A stretch of 64,000 bases of DNA, from assembly GCA_036172245.1 (NCBI GenBank), contig JAYWIR010000031.1, positions 1,364,001-1,428,000 of the forward strand, in the 5' to 3' direction. Source of the DNA: Raillietiella orientalis (lineage: Eukaryota). Below are positions 1 through 16,487 of the stretch, piece after piece; position 1 is the first letter of the stretch; every line of letters begins with the position of its first letter. The notes under the pieces were generated by a model that saw nothing but the letters and a program-made list of their open reading frames with translations, did no database searches and was not told where the DNA came from. The position numbers and the translations under genes are program-made.

Positions 1-2999
1 GGCTCTGCACCATCATTTCCGCACTGGTGGCCGTGAGGCCAGGTCTCCGTGCCTGGTCTCCGGTCTCCGCCCGCTGCGTGACACTCTTCGGTCTCAACAG
101 AGATTTTTGCAGAGCAACAGCCCTGAATTACTGTGACCAAATGCTCAAGAGTATCTCAAATAGGTGCTTTAGAAGAAGGCTGATTCCTGCTCCCACTCTT
201 TCCTCTCTCTTGCTTGGCACTCTCTTGAGAGCATCCTCCAGTGACCTGAGACGCTAATGTCAGTAGCTTTGCTGTTTTGCTCCCTCATCCTTGGATTTTC
301 CGATCCTCTCTCCGATGTTTGAATCTCGGAAAAGCTCAGCATTGCAGGAGTTTGAACTTGCAGCGCCCGCCTGCCGCGGTTCCCATACAAACGCACCATG
401 ACGGTCGACTCAGATTTCCGTGCTCCCGATGGTTGCCTTTTCAATTGCCTCAGATCTCTCGGTTCCTATGCTTCCTCCCAGACCGTCCGAAAGCTGACAA
501 CTTCGAACGCCTTCCAGAATCCTGCTTTTCGAAACTTTTACCGTCTTTTCATGCCACGTCTGTTCTCTCTTCGATACTTAAAGTCCTTCCATGCAAAGTG
601 GACTTCGCAGAAGTAAGCACTTTGACACGATAGCCCCTTAACAAGTGTCTGGCGCGATCGTCTGAAGGCACCGTCGAGGAACATCAGCGACAATGCCAAA
701 CGGCGAAGATCGGTATCTAACAAACCCTGCAATGGCCGAAACCCAGCGGAGGTGATAGAGGGCAATAACTGCTTTCCAAACTGATTCTTCTGTTGAAAAA
801 TCCATCACCGGGAGCTGCAAACTTGCACCAAAGAGAAAGACGAATGACTTGCACCAAACAAACTGAAGTGGAAACCATAGAAAGTGTAGTCTTGTAGGAC
901 TCTGGTAGAGTACTTAGAGCCAAACTCCAGAACGGCCACTTTGATCTTGGAAATCTAGGTGAGATTCGTGTTTGCGATTTTCGTACACTGAAGAATGTCT
1001 GCACCTGTGTATGTGTAATCCTTTTCTGCAGACAGACTGTTGATCCCTTTTCTCTACTTCTTTTTTGACCACTCAGCCATTGATTATGCATTTATTTTGA
1101 AGGAAAAGAAACCATCCCTACGTGAAGTGTGAAGGTCATCCATTGCACGGGACGATATGTCATTTCGGACGCTTTTCATGATGCCAGGTATGCCGGAAAA
1201 CTCTTTTTCCTGCTCAGATTCCGGAATTATCTTCCTCGTGAACACTATTCGAAGACGAGTCCATAGCATGAAGACCCATCTTATCACGGCGCACGACTTT
1301 CATCAGTCCCAAGTGGGCCAGACCCGTGTCAATCTCACCCCAGCACTCGGGAAAAGCTCAATCCACTCGTTCACGACTTTTCCAAGCTAACAGCGTCGAA
1401 AGGGGCATCTCGAATCCGAACGGAATCCTGGACCACGGATAGCGAAGACCGAACGAAACTTTGAAGCTACTCATCTGACGTCTACGTCGTCTCCTTTCCT
1501 CCCAAACAAATCTTTTTTTTTTTTACACTGGTTACCACTAGAATTTCGTGAAACTTGGCCTCAGAAAGGGATAGTTGCTCGAAGGAAAATGCAAAAAGTT
1601 ACTTCTGTTCTTATCCCTATTGCTCGGTTACGGAGGGAATGAAAACAAAACAATTCCTAAGGACCCGCCTCAACGACTGAAGACGTAGTTGATTTGCCTT
1701 TACACATTCCTCTTACCTAAGCTTGTCCCTTGATTGCTCTGCTTGCTTTCTTCGCCTAGGATATCCCGAATAAAAAAACCTCGAGAAACGGAGTTCATGT
1801 TCGTCTTCGCCCCACAAGCATGGGATCACCCGTGGAACGTATTACTCGTCGAAGAGTCTTGAATAGTGGATTAGACCAAACCACTTGGGAAGAGTATTCT
1901 TTTGTAAGTACCTCATTGGCCGTCCTCCTGGCCATACACTCCCCTAATCAGGGCAAATGCTAGTAAGGGGTTAGCGGAACAAGTACTCGTCCACTGGACT
2001 GGACACTGCTGAAGAGTTTTGCTCCTCCCTCTCTCAATCTTGGAGGCATGCGGGGTTGCATCAGGGATCAATGAGGGAAAGCTATTGCTAATCTTGCATC
2101 CCAGGGCTGGCAAACCGGACAAGTCTTAAGCGTTAAATGAATTCGCAAGCTACAAGAATAGGAAGATGTAACTAAAATACGTGGGCATCGTCCTGGCATG
2201 ATGTAAGGTGATTTTTCGTGCAGTTTTGATTCATAAAAATGCCATCATATAATAAACCAACTTGGGAATACACAAGGGAAACCTCTTTATGGAGTTTTGA
2301 CTAAGTCCGAAAAATTCGGATGAATCATTTCGACGCGCTGTAACAACACTAATGGTGTTTGGTAGATACGAATATTGACATCGGATGCCGACCAAAGTAA
2401 CATTGTGGCTGAATGGCAAACTCATGCAAAGTTGTTCTTTTAATTTTTTTTTAAAGTCAGTGACGAAAGCAAGCTCAGTTCTTTTTAAATGTTGTTCGTG
2501 CCGTGGATGGTCATTGCATTTATTTTCAAGAGGGAACTGTTTAATGATCATTGGACCTTTGCTACGCCTCCCTGGTCCTGGAAAGGTGATTTTCAAAGCT
2601 GGATCTTAAGATGCCCCTGAGCAAACCTCAAGAACTGATCTCGGGAATCCGCCTTGCCATGAGAACGTGAGATCATTTTAAAACGTATCCATGAAGGGGT
2701 GCGTGGGACCGAAGTGTTTCCAACACATATAACGACAGGTACGAGGCCTTTTCGCATAGTAAGGCACATCCTCAAATGCCCAAGAAGACTGCAAGAGAGA
2801 TGGCAGACAACGGTGGGCTATAAGAGGAGAGACTAACATGTTATAAATAAGAGGCATTCATCCCTGTCCGCGTACACATGAGTGTGACGCCACTCACGGC
2901 GAGCTTTCTGAGATCGTGGATACTCGAGGATTCGAATCCGAAAACGAAGATATTAACACTTAGGATCTCAAAAGGAAAGCGAAACCAAAAAGTTGAAAT

Positions 3000-4100
3000 C
3001 GGTTGGTGAATGAAGCTCTCGATGACATCGGGATAAACGTGTCAACTGAAGCAAACGTGACCAAGAGGAAAAACAATCATTTTTAAAGCCTAAAGCCAGA
3101 TTGAGCATTTGGAAGATATCGTCTTAAGGATCGCGAAGATGCCAACATTATTTGAATCGTTAGTTTTTGATTGCAGACGATAACAAACCAAGCAAGCAAT
3201 GAATTAGGTATGTTCACTTGTATTATTTGTTCGCGGGATCCATTTGCAGATTCAGTGAAACCGAAGAGTTTCATGTAAGATTTTGATTGGCATTCCTTAC
3301 ATGCTCCAGCTAATATGAAAACAGCTTAGCATCGGGAAGGATTTTTACGACCGAGCGTCCCCTAGGTGAAAGAGGTTCCCACTTTCTCGAATGAAGGTGG
3401 CTGTTTAATGAATTCCATATGAACGAAGTTTCTTAATAGATGCGACAGCAGGGAGGCAAAAACCTTCTCCACGAAGTCCTGGACACATCAGCTGAATCAC
3501 CTTTTCAGGACTAAAATACGAAATTGCTGAAATCATGGCCACGTTCATACCGAAGCGTAGCCAAAGAACGCTTGTGCAGAAACACCTCCACAAAGTGCTG
3601 ATTCTGAGGAAACAGCTCCATGTACCTTCAGATTCAGTGGGCTCAGGAAAGGTCGGTTACCTCGATAAGAACACTCTCACGCGAGAACCCTTTTTTTGCC
3701 ACAAGATAAGATCCATGCACTCCTTTATACAATCCTCACGAATCATTCGATCATTCTTGGTGTGCAGGGTATCCAGAGAGGAAGAAAGAATCGCTTCTAT
3801 TCTACGAGATTTGAATTTGAACCTTGAAAGCACAAAGATGGCAAGATGCACACAAAAGAAATCTTGCTCACTCACTGCTATAATTATTGAGGAGACTGAA
3901 CCACAGATGTTCCTCTCAACTCTGCTCCGATTCCATTTGAACATATCCATCGGGACAATTCCGCCCCTCAGCAAATGATCACAGTAACGCTCTCCGAACA
4001 ACCTGTGGAAGTCGTTCTTGTGTCGCTCCTGGTCGTTAGCATGGCATTCCACTGTCTCGAGGCAAAAAGGTGCGTGACCCCAATACTTTGTGCAGTTCGC
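3000..4100 (+). mobile_element. Possible decayed BEL/Pao pol fragment (RT end to RNase H)
   Basis: ORF 3535-3978 reads LHVPSDSVGSG (cf. LHGFSDASxxG), then FFCHKIRS (cf. LLCAKSRVAP), with PNNLWKS near 4000 (cf. NSLWWxGP). Matches are weak but colinear; boundaries approximate. Confidence 0.3.
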
Positions 4101-5679
4101 GGACACCAGTGGACACAGGAGTTTTTTCGTTTTGTGGTCTTCTTATATGCCGATTATTACGAGTATGAAGTGTAAGAATACCGTAGGAATCGCCTCCACA
4201 GAGCAAAAGAGAATGACAAAACTTACATGATATCTCAAACCTCTTTCAAACAGAAAGTCAAGGGATAATCCTCTAAGTAACGTGACAATTTTTTTCCACT
4301 TTTACGGCATTTTTTATATGTTCCACACCGAAAGAATGCTTTTAATCTTGAGCTATACACATGTGGATAGATAGAACATCGCATATCTTAAGCTATTCAT
4401 GATAAGGGTAGATTCTGCAAAAGCCTTATGATAGCTATGAGATTAGTGGTTAGTCGTGGAAATGTGGTAGCAGTTACGGTTCGTACATGAGAAAACATGC
4501 TGGTGGATGAAAAGGCGTTCTCTCATGGGTTTGGCACCTGCAAGGTTTTTCCAAAGGATCTTCTGGAAGAATTGTTCACCATTACAATAAAATAGATTCA
4601 AAAATTACTCATAAAATAATTAAATGACCCTATTACCTATGAAGAAGAATTCGATGATTATTGTCCTTCAGGAAGACTTCATTAGCATTTCCTATCACCT
4701 CGTTCTTGAGGAGAATTAAATTACTGAAGTATTGATGTAGATTGCAAGCTAGGAGGAGTCCCTCGTATCTGTCTCTCGTCATCGTCATCGAACGCCATTT
4801 TCAGTTCAATCAGCCAAGTGAAGTGAAGATCTCATTATTATTTGAAAGTAGAACCAACTGAAGTGCTTCGTTTCGTGAACCGGTCTGTTTTCTGCTCCTG
4901 GTGATTTTTATCTTTCCATTGAAAGAATTTCCAGTCATTGAAGATTTTCCTCTCTGTTGGAGCTTCTTCTTGAATCCTGAAAGAGCTTCCTAGAACAGCA
5001 TCGTCTAATTAAGATGTGCTTTGCCGACGGGAACTGTGATTCGAACAATTTGCCATTTTTCTTCCACTCTGTTTGCGCATCAACACCTTTCGCACACATG
5101 TAGAAAGTACTGAAAGGTGTTCAAATACGCAAATACGAAAATTTCATTTTCTCATTTGCAAACTTTCTTTCGTCATTTTGCATACCCCTCCCCCATCCCT
5201 GGATTGCTGAATCCTCCTTTTCCTTATATCCTTTGCTCCTACCACATGGAGCATAAAATAGTTCCTTTTGTCAAGAGGAAACATCAAAACAAACCTAAGG
5301 ATTCGGAAAGTTAGTCTGCTACTGGTCAGCACCAGCAGTTTCATCTGATGCTGTTCGCGAGAGCGGGGCAGAAAGTCCAAACGAACGAGGAACGAATGAA
5401 ACAAAGCAAACCTTGATAAAGGATGGACTCCACAACTTATACCTTGGCATGGGATCAGGAAGATGCCTTCCTAGGGAACATTCTTTTTCGCCGCCCTCTC
5501 CCTTGAATTTTCTGCCAAATTGTGAAATTCCCTGCAAGTGCCTCTCAGAATCATGAAAAGATCGAATGCAAACAGTGATCGTGTCCAATCCAATCACGTT
5601 TCACGAATAACACGATCTACACTTTGCTCAGGTCCTCTCTGAGCGTGGAAGACATTTGGCTCACGGCTCACTCAAAGCT

Positions 5680-8600
5680 CAATGAGCACACGTAACTCAA
5701 CACTACGATCACTGACTCGATGCCAAGAGCCGTTCAGCTTGCGCACATTATGTGTGCCATAAACCAACCGTACCAAAGCATCGTCAGTTCCTGGAAACTG
5801 GATCGGAGTGACCGTTCGCTCAAGCAGTTTTTTGTTTGTTTTTATCCAGAAAAAGAACTTCCAAGTTATCGCGATGACTAAGGGTTTTTCTGAAAGTCGA
5901 CCACCGTTCATTCGTGCTGCCACACGAGCCGTACTAATTATCCTCGAATGTTGTCTTCGGAATTGCACTCTGCGTTGATTTCTCCCTAATACAAAATAGA
6001 TAGCAGCTTGTCCGTCTGCTACTCAACCCTTCATATAGTAACCACATTATCCTGCTTCATAAGTAAATTTACAACGTTGGAATTGCGTGAGCTTTCCCTG
6101 GATGACGAAGCCTTTCCCTATTTCCTTGGAATTATGCACCCTAGGCTAGGCTAAGGCTTTCGAATTACGTTGCCAGAAATGGAAAAATAATGTTATGAAG
6201 CGCTTTTCAAACATAGGAATACCGAAATCATTTCTTGAAAATTCTAAAACCACCTAATGGAAATGCGCTTCCGCCTGAAGCAACGTCAGTTCCCGCTGGC
6301 TGAACTACTCTGTATGTTCCCAGATGATCTCTCCGAATTGATTGGCTTCTGAGATGAAGTGATCTCTCTTCCTCTCCGTCCACAAAAAAATGAAGCTGAA
6401 AAGTGAATATTTTGCATCTAAAATGGAGTTCCACGAAGGAAGGGAAAAATGGAAAAGCGACGCGAAAAATCGTTATTTTTCGTCTACCGCTTTTTATTCA
6501 GTGTGGCTTGCTGAGAATTTTGACGAGGTTTTTCAAACTCTTCCAGAAATGGAAGCCTTCTATTACTCTATTTTTTTTTTATTAACCAAGACTTTTGTAT
6601 GTCAACCTATTACCATACAACTTCATTCCCAATGAAAATAACGTCATTATGCTGTACATCAGTATGTACCCGTTCTTGCTTCACCACTCAGCTACATACT
6701 CATCCTCCTATCAATGTGAAGCTGTGAGTGCGAAACGCATTGTGCAAAAGAAAGACAATCAGCAAAGAATCTCTTCCAAAAATGGAATTCTTTTCCGGAG
6801 GGTTTGCAAATTTTTCTCCTTAAATCCCAGAGCTTCCGAAAGCTTCATTTAAAGACTGGCCATGAAGTGTTCTGCCTGTAATGTACTTGCTCACCAAGGT
6901 GAAAGCGGAAGATTCTTGCTAAAGAGTGCCTGCACGGTACTCAGGGTCGTAAAAAAACATTTTATTAGAGTAGCGAAATGCTGGAGGTCATGCATGGATT
7001 TCAGGTGCATAGGAAAAAGCCCTCGATCAAGGCACTCGATTGCCACCGTCCCGCTTTTTAGGTAATTCCGGGAGCAAAACACAAAGGAACATGAGCGAGA
7101 ACGAAAACTCTTCCCTTTCTGATTCTGGGAATCACCAATTTAAATGAAAAAGAGGAGTGCTCCTGCTTATCTAAAGAGCTGCTTGCTTTTCGCCATGCTT
7201 TCTCATTTAGGTCATCTTGAACAAGCAGCGGTCCTTGGGACAGCTGAAAACTCCACGAACTTCAGAATACTGACAAATCCATGCAGCAGCAAAATTTTTA
7301 GTCTACAGGAAGCGCGGAAAACTGTCAGTTCTAGCAGATGTCTACCTTCGCAGAGGCATATCGAGGCTGGCTGAGGACGCTACCACATATAAACGGCCTT
7401 CCGGTGCTACACCTTGTGCTGTCAGTTGTTCCTGTGTGGCTGTTGGTTGCAAGACCTCATGCAACACAGATGTCACAATGACAGATATGAAGTGATGATG
7501 GTCGTAATGTCTAGATAGGAAATTTGGAGGAACGCTAGAAGTCCCTCTTTGTGTTAGAACTCGAAATCTGAATTGCTAAATAGTCCTCATTGGACGTTTT
7601 CCTAGAGCTGCGTCAAGTGGACCACATGATGCCCAGTGATCAAAACTTACTCTAAATGAGAGAAGCAGCCGGAAAGTCTTCTGGCTCCAAAGTCGTCAAA
7701 TCTGTAATAGGAAGAGTCCTGGATCCAATAGAAACTTTCGTTGATCGACATAGCTCTGAACACCTTTCCGGAGTTTAGATAGGAAAGCTACAGAATTTTT
7801 AAATCTTTGATGCTTACACGAGCTCTCGTCGGGTGCCCTAGCTACCACGGGCACACCAGGTAGAACTAGTCTTAGGTGTCTAAGGAGTGAAAAATACCTT
7901 GGATGACTCTTTAGGTAGACTGCGTCCTCAGTACCAAGTGCATTCGAAGGGAATTTGCCTGTTGCACTCCGTCCCGATAGCCTTGGGCTGAAAGAGTGGC
8001 CAGGAACTATGCTTACAGCAGCATGCTGTAGGCCATTCGCTTCATTGTGGAGAGCACCATGAAACATTAGACAAAGTGCTCAATGCCATTTCTAGGAGGT
8101 AGCATTAGTGAGCATGGTCGTTCTTTCAATTGGATGAGACCGCTCCGATAAGTTGTCGGTTGCCTCATGGCAACCGACAATCATAAGCCTCTCCGAAATC
8201 GGATGTCATCAATCCATACTTGCCAAGAAGGACAGCTTTTTTCAGAGAGTGTGTGCCAGTTTGAGAAAAGATGCTGAGTACCCGAGTGTCGTGACCTTCA
8301 TCAGAATAGCATCAGTGAACAGTGATTGTGCACGGTCGAGCTAGATGACTAGCTATCTACTCTGAAATCAAGTACCATGTTCACACACTTGGACAGCCAA
8401 TGGAACCGAAACGAAATTTCACAGGGATGAAGTTGATCTATGGCACAACTACGAATGTATTCGTCTCCGAATCGTAAATACCGAGGGCAAATAGCGCTCC
8501 ATGCTTGCATCTAAACAGCAAGACCCTTTAAAGAGGAGAAGTTCCATGAGCTGATTTTCAATTCTTCTACTTCTGTGGCCTAGAACAAGCTATGACCACC

Positions 8601-9100
8601 CTCTACAGATCCTCTATGCTGAACCATAGGCTTAACCCTTACAAGGAGTGGTTAAGACCTTTCTTTAGAGAAAACATATTTGTTTTAGCTCCAAGAAACG
8701 TGGAGGTACGTTAGATAAGACACTTCTAGTTCTTCCTTCAGATGTCTCAGCAAGATGTCTCGCGTTGATCTGGTTGAGATCAACTCTTGGGGGTCTCATG
8801 CCTTCAGCTAAGACCCGTTCAAAAACACAGCAGCCTGCTAGAGTACTTCAGATTCAGCACTTGATAACGAAGGCATTTGTCCTGCACCATTCTTGTTCAG
8901 ACGTTTCCAACCAAGTCTACAACAAAATGATTCAATCCGAGCGCTCATTCTCTGTCAGTAGAGAGGTGGACACAATTAAATGCTCATCGTAGCCGGTCAA
9001 CAACCGTGATGCTGCATTTAAAAAGTTATTCAATCCTTCGATGGGGTTTATGAAGATGCATGAAACGTTAGCGGAAAGACATGGCTGTCGTTGCAAGAAA
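5680..9100 (-). mobile_element. Decayed BEL/Pao LTR-retrotransposon pol (RT, RNase H, integrase, DUF5641 order)
   Basis: Minus-strand motifs occur in BEL order: ~8800 VLAEGMRPPRVDLNQINARH..PPRFL (cf. SLNDxLxxGPxLxxDLxxILxRF..RFLW); ~8290 KVTTLG (cf. KTLGLxW); ~7930-7830 PSNALGTEDAVYLK..LVLPGVPVVARAP (cf. DASxxAYGAVVYLR..KSRVAP); ~6260 SAFPLGGF (cf. APHFGG); ~5780 IQFPGTDDALVRLV (cf. VFPGxDGLVRVV). Many stops and frameshifts; no LTRs seen. Confidence 0.55.
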
Positions 9101-11281
9101 GTTTTGTAGGATTCCATTTGCTAAGCACGAGTAATTAGTTTTTTTTTTGAAACGACCAATATGTGAATCTATGACCAATTGCATTGTGCCTGAAGGTTTG
9201 CCATGTTTAGAAAATCAAAGAAAGATTGCAAGACCATAAAACTTATTTGAAGAAAATTACTATATGTTTTGTGAAATCATTAGCCGAATTGGGTCTTTTG
9301 CACAACAGTCACCTGAAGGAAAAAGGGATATCTATACTCGAAGTAGCAGCGAATAGCCACATGTCTTCCAAAACTCTATAATGGGACTTCAAACATTTGT
9401 GTTCATCCAGAATTGATAATATCAGTCCAGAATGAGGCTCGGAAGTTGAGGAAGATGAAAGAGTTCCCGAATCAAAGACTATAGAACAAGTTCCCACGCT
9501 GGGGAACCGAGCAGTCAACACAAAAGGACCTAGCGCGCCAGTGGTGATCATAGAAAGAAATCAAGGAAGCAGCTTTCCCTTCCCGTTTTTTTCATTGCGG
9601 CCTTGGTTCACAAAATCACTATTTAGACCATTTGATTGTGAAGACAGCGCAATGCTAGAAGGCTAGTAATGTTTGTTTTCTTGTTTAATTATATTCTTTT
9701 CATAGAAGAAAATACTGCCAATATACTGCTCTCTCTTCATGGAACCTGGTGCATTTGATTCTCAAATTTTAACGAGTCTTTGGTTGTTTCCGGTGTATTT
9801 TCTATGCTTTTATTTTATTACATTTGATAAAAAAATTTAAACATATATTTGCAATATTTACTATTATTATCTTTTGGCAATAGCATTTCTACGTTTTCAA
9901 TTTCTGCTCACTTTATTCTTGGGCCAAAACATTGGAAATCGGATGAACCCTTTATTAAACGCATTTTGTGATCATAGACAATTTTTTTGTATTTCAAGTT
10001 TTGCTTCTTTGGCATTGTTCATGAAGCTCTATGAAAGAAACTTGCATCAAGAAGGTTAAGAATCAGTTTTCTTTGTTTGAATTCAACTTGTTATCTTTTA
10101 TGTTTCTTTCTATAGAAATAGGATGACGTGAGCTGAAGTATTCAATGACAAGAAAAGTTGCAACAAAGACCAGCATGAGTTACCCAATATGCAATTTGCT
10201 TACAATTTACAATAGTATAGGAAAAAAAATTGAGTAGATGTGAGACTACTGTGTGTGTGCCTTAAATTCAAGTTTAAATCACCCTTGCCAAATTAGTATA
10301 GTTTCAATATTGGTTTTTCGGCTTTAACTTGGAACTACCTACAGAAACTGAGGAACCGTTAATTCATATGATTCCAACAACAATAACAATCTCATTTATA
10401 AATCTCTCAAATTGCGGTTCTTGGAATTCTCATCAAAGGCACTGACCTAACATGACTTGGTTTCCTTGGATTCTCACCTAAGTGTAACTGAAAATATTTT
10501 GTATTGGGGTATAAAATTAGGTACCCATATGTGAGGTTGATGGACAAGGCCGCTAAACAAGGTGTGCTGGTATTTGTTTTGTAAACAATGTTTACTTTTG
10601 CATTACCGAGTAGTAAACGTTTCTACTTCAGTAATGTAGTGCTGTTGTTTTGCATTGTTTTGTATCTGCTTTTACAACGTTGATTATCCTTGCTTCCAGC
10701 CGCGTGCGGTGTTGTTTCTTTTGATATAGACCCTATGCACTGCATGTGGAAACATCGAAATTAGTTTTCCAGGTATTGAAGTAATTTTGTCTAGGAACAG
10801 CAAGCAGCGATAAAACAAAAAATTTAACAGTAACGATGTTTTTTAATTTTATTTTTATTTTATTTTATTTACTTGCTGCCCTGCTGGTTTCCGGCGCCAA
10901 GAAAAATACAAAAAACGTTGCTTCATTTTTGCAATAATCATTGAGCATAAATACTGTGACAAAACGAGAGGTTAGTAAGCAGTTATTTGATGCTAATGCT
11001 CTTTCTGGTGGATCCCAACATCCACGACAGGTTTTTCCACGGAAATTTCAATTTGAACGAGCCACATGGACTGCCGCCTGCGTAGAGCGCAAGTCCCGGT
11101 TGCCGTTGCGACGGTGTGCGTAGCGGCTACGTAAAAAATGCAAGAAAAAAAAAAAACAACATGGAATGAAGGGCACCTTAACGAGAAATGACTTGAAACT
11201 GTTTGTCTGAGACTTTGATTTCGAAATTAAGAAAAAAAGGTATGGGCTGAAAAGTCAACTGCCAAACGGTAACACGTGCCC

Positions 11282-12202
11282 ATGTTTATTTTCGAGTACT
11301 GTTTTCACTTTTTGAAAAAGAGGATCGTATTGGGTATTATTTTCACATTTTCTTTAACGTACTGCATCACCAACTTAATGAAGAGCAAGGTGAGTTCACG
11401 AGAAATAATGTTAAACTTACATTGGTAAGAATTCAAAGATTTAATAATTGAGTATAATTGAAGTGTTCCTGAGAAAGATATTCACACGTTTCGTATGTGT
11501 AGCGATACGATGATAGTAATCACATGGATACAGTTGCAAGAGTAAATAAAATAATTTGGGAAATAGAATCAAATAAAAGTTTGCCATCATCTTGTCGGAA
11601 TTCGAAACAAGGAAAACATTTAATAGCAGATGACAAAGGTACTATTCCCATTAATCTAAGCACTAAAATTCATATTTTCATTGTGAAGTAGATATCTTTA
11701 AGTTCTGTTCGTTGCAAGTAAAAGACAAAAATATTTGGGTTATACGAGTTTTACGACACGATATTTGTATTTAAAGGTATGGTATGTCAAAGGCAAAAAC
11801 TTCAAACTAATGGTTGCTGCAGTAATGAAACGGAAGTTTCTAAGCGTTATTCTTGTGAGACATGCAATAGAAATCATTGCTGTAGCATATATGAATATTG
11901 TGTGTCTTGCTGTTTGCATCCTTCCAGGGTAAGAATTCATAGTAAAAGTTTGTATGAGAATTTGTGCAATTTTTTTTTGTTTTCTTGAAAATTAGAAATC
12001 AATGCTTCAGCTTGTACTAAGTAAAGCTTCAAGGACATTGAAAATGATATTTTCATCAGTAATGGATCATTTTGAATTATGTTTAGCAAAGTGTCGCACA
12101 AGTTCACAAAGTCTACATAATGAGAATTCGTACAGAAACGCAAAAGAAAAACATTGTTATGGCATTGAGGCACCTTCAGTTCAAGAAAAGCCTGTTGAAT
12201 AA
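11282..12202 (+). CDS. SPRING1: SREBP regulating gene protein (SPRING/C12orf49 homologue), 4 exons: 11282-11389, 11503-11638, 11777-11928, 11996-12202
   Basis: The spliced GT-AG model keeps frame. It has an N-terminal signal anchor (LKKRIVLGIIFTFSLTYCI), CRNSKQGKHLIADDKG, the Cys-rich CCSIYEYCVSCCLHP and DHFELCLAKCRTSSQSLHNENSYR, all characteristic of C12orf49. Confidence 0.92.
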
Positions 12203-14735
12203 GTGATAATTTTAAATTTTATCGAATAATTTTAAAGGCAATTAATACTATTTACGATTTAAATAGTAAATACCATTCCATCTTCGACTATTCACAAGTA
12301 ATAGGCAAACTTTTTAATGCTGTGCTATGCCTTATTACTTATAGTGTTGATTTTTGATATTTTAATTCAAATTGAAATATATATTTTTCATTGCTTTCTG
12401 GTCTCTTATTTAAGTAGACATGTCATCCCAAAAAAGACTTCATCACAAAACTTTGTGGGATTATTTGTTCGTTATTTGAATAGTTCATCAGTCAAGAGTG
12501 CATTGAGTCAACAGTTCATTCATTCATATGTACAAACATCGCATCCTGTTAAACATCAGTTCAAACTTCAATAAAACACTCCATACATGATTTTGATATT
12601 ACAGAAAAATCCCATAGTTAACATTCTTTACCCCAGTCTTTCTTGCTGAATATAGTATGTTGCAGAAAAGTTCCATATTTCAAGTCCCATTTCTTTGATA
12701 TTTTCAGCTAATGTTCGAGGCTAACCTTAGTAATTAATCTACTTTTTTCTCCCCAAAATTAAATTTTTATATGTAAGTACAAAAGTGTTTCAACCTGGAC
12801 TTAGAAAACCTAAAGAGGAAAAATTCTGAGATGAGGGTTTGAAGGAGTAAGAACACACAAGCTAGGAAAGTAGTGAAAAGTGAAGGTTATGAAATCAATT
12901 GCAAATGAAAGTGTAAATGGATATACAGAGTGTATTAATATGTGTGCACCATTTATGACTATCCATTTTAAAGAACATTTAGTTTCATAGTTTTTGGTTT
13001 ATGAAAACCTTTTCATGAACCTCCTGAATGTTTTACTGATTGCAAATGGTTTGATTTGTTTGAGCAACAAAGATGAGCAACAAATACGTCACTTTTGTGT
13101 TGTAAATTTGTATACTTTTCAAGTCCAAAATTTGGTGCTCCTGAATGTTGCATGCAGTGTTAGACTGCAAAATTCCAAGATAAAAAAGTTTAATGAAAAC
13201 AAAAGTGCAGCATGTCCGTTTTGTTTTGAGAATACAAAAAATGTCTCACAAAGTCGAACTTGGGGTTTTCAGAAGTAAATATTTAATTGGGGTACAGTTA
13301 AAATAATGTTTTTGCGAGCATAAAATTACTGCACACCCAACTTTAAAGTAAATAAAAAGCAAATCTACTGAAGAATTGTTGTAATAGAAAGTGTTCATGC
13401 AATGGGAGGAAATTTTAGATATCAGTTGATGGGGTAGTAACAAAAATTTTACGTGAATGTGGTACATTGAACCTAAATATTTTTTCTTAAACACCATAAA
13501 CATAACTAGCAGTGGCAATTGGCATGTCCCAAGAACTAAAATTTCAGATTTCCTTGCCTGCAATTTATATGTTGAGTTTCAATTCCAATGAAACAATTTA
13601 ATTACCAGAAAAGCAGTTATTACTTTCACCTACTTACTTATCAAAAATAATTACTGATCAGTGAAGAGCTTAGCAGTTACCCCTGCATAGATTTCCATGA
13701 AATTTGGACTGAAACTTTCTAAAGAGGAATACAACTGAACACAATTAGCATCAGCATTTTTGAAATCTGTCTGCTGAATAATTCACCTCAATGACTGAGA
13801 CTCTTGATAGTACTCTTCAGAAACTACATACAGTTGCTACTATTTGGAAAATGGGCATCACGTGAAGAATTCTGTGAAGTGGATTCTATGGATTCAATTA
13901 TTTTCATCTCCAAGAAGATACAGATCAAAGGGGAAATTTTCTTCCCTTGGGATACATTTGGCACTGCTGTGATAATGCTGCCCAGAAATATTTTATCTAA
14001 AATACTATAGTCTTTATTTTAAAAGAAACTCTTAACTAATTCAAATAAGTATTAGATAGCAAATGTCATCAGATAAGCAAAATGAAACATTTTAGAAACA
14101 TGCAAGACTCGATGCTATTTGCTTTGGGTGCTATTCATTTGATAAAGCCATGGTATTACAACTTCAGTACATCCACATTTAAGATCCTGAAACACAGCTG
14201 TTGCTACATCAGTATTTTTCTATTTGCAAAATTAGATAAAATTGTCCCCATGCTTTACCAGAATATTAGTGCATTCAAAAAAAGCAATTATTTTTTTTTT
14301 CTGTTCAAACAAGTATTAGAATATCTGATGCTAATGTTTAAATAAGGTATTGCAAATTCAAACTCAACATTACCTAAATTATGCATACGTTACATGTATT
14401 ATGCTATTATATTAAATGGGTCATTAGTTTATTTTGGGGTTTAACTTGTGCAATACAATACGTTGATCAAAGTTTAATATCTGAAACAAGTACAGAAAAA
14501 GCGTATTAAAAGGTATCTCACATATATAATGTATAACAGTTCTGTTTATACACCATATATAATAAACTATGTACATGTCCTCCATACCCATACCTACTCA
14601 CATGAATGTCTTTTTCTTGTGTGATATGACAAAAAAATTAGAATTAAAAAACAGCTGTGAAATGTTGTAACAGACTGTTTATTTGGTATGCAAAGTCAAT
14701 TCTTATGCGTATTTTCACTTATGTTGCTCCCAAGG

Positions 14736-16487
<1,752 letters not shown>

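Noticed and set aside
2600..2800. Integrase zinc-finger-like IILKRIHEGVRG..ILKC on the + strand
   Set aside because: A single short degenerate motif with no supporting core domain; probably TE-derived but not callable.
9870..11120. Divergent minus-strand gene upstream of SPRING1, and an E2F/ETS-like TTTCCGGCGCCAA at 10888
   Set aside because: Splice-like signals exist but every joined frame I tried hit stops; a lone motif is insufficient evidence.
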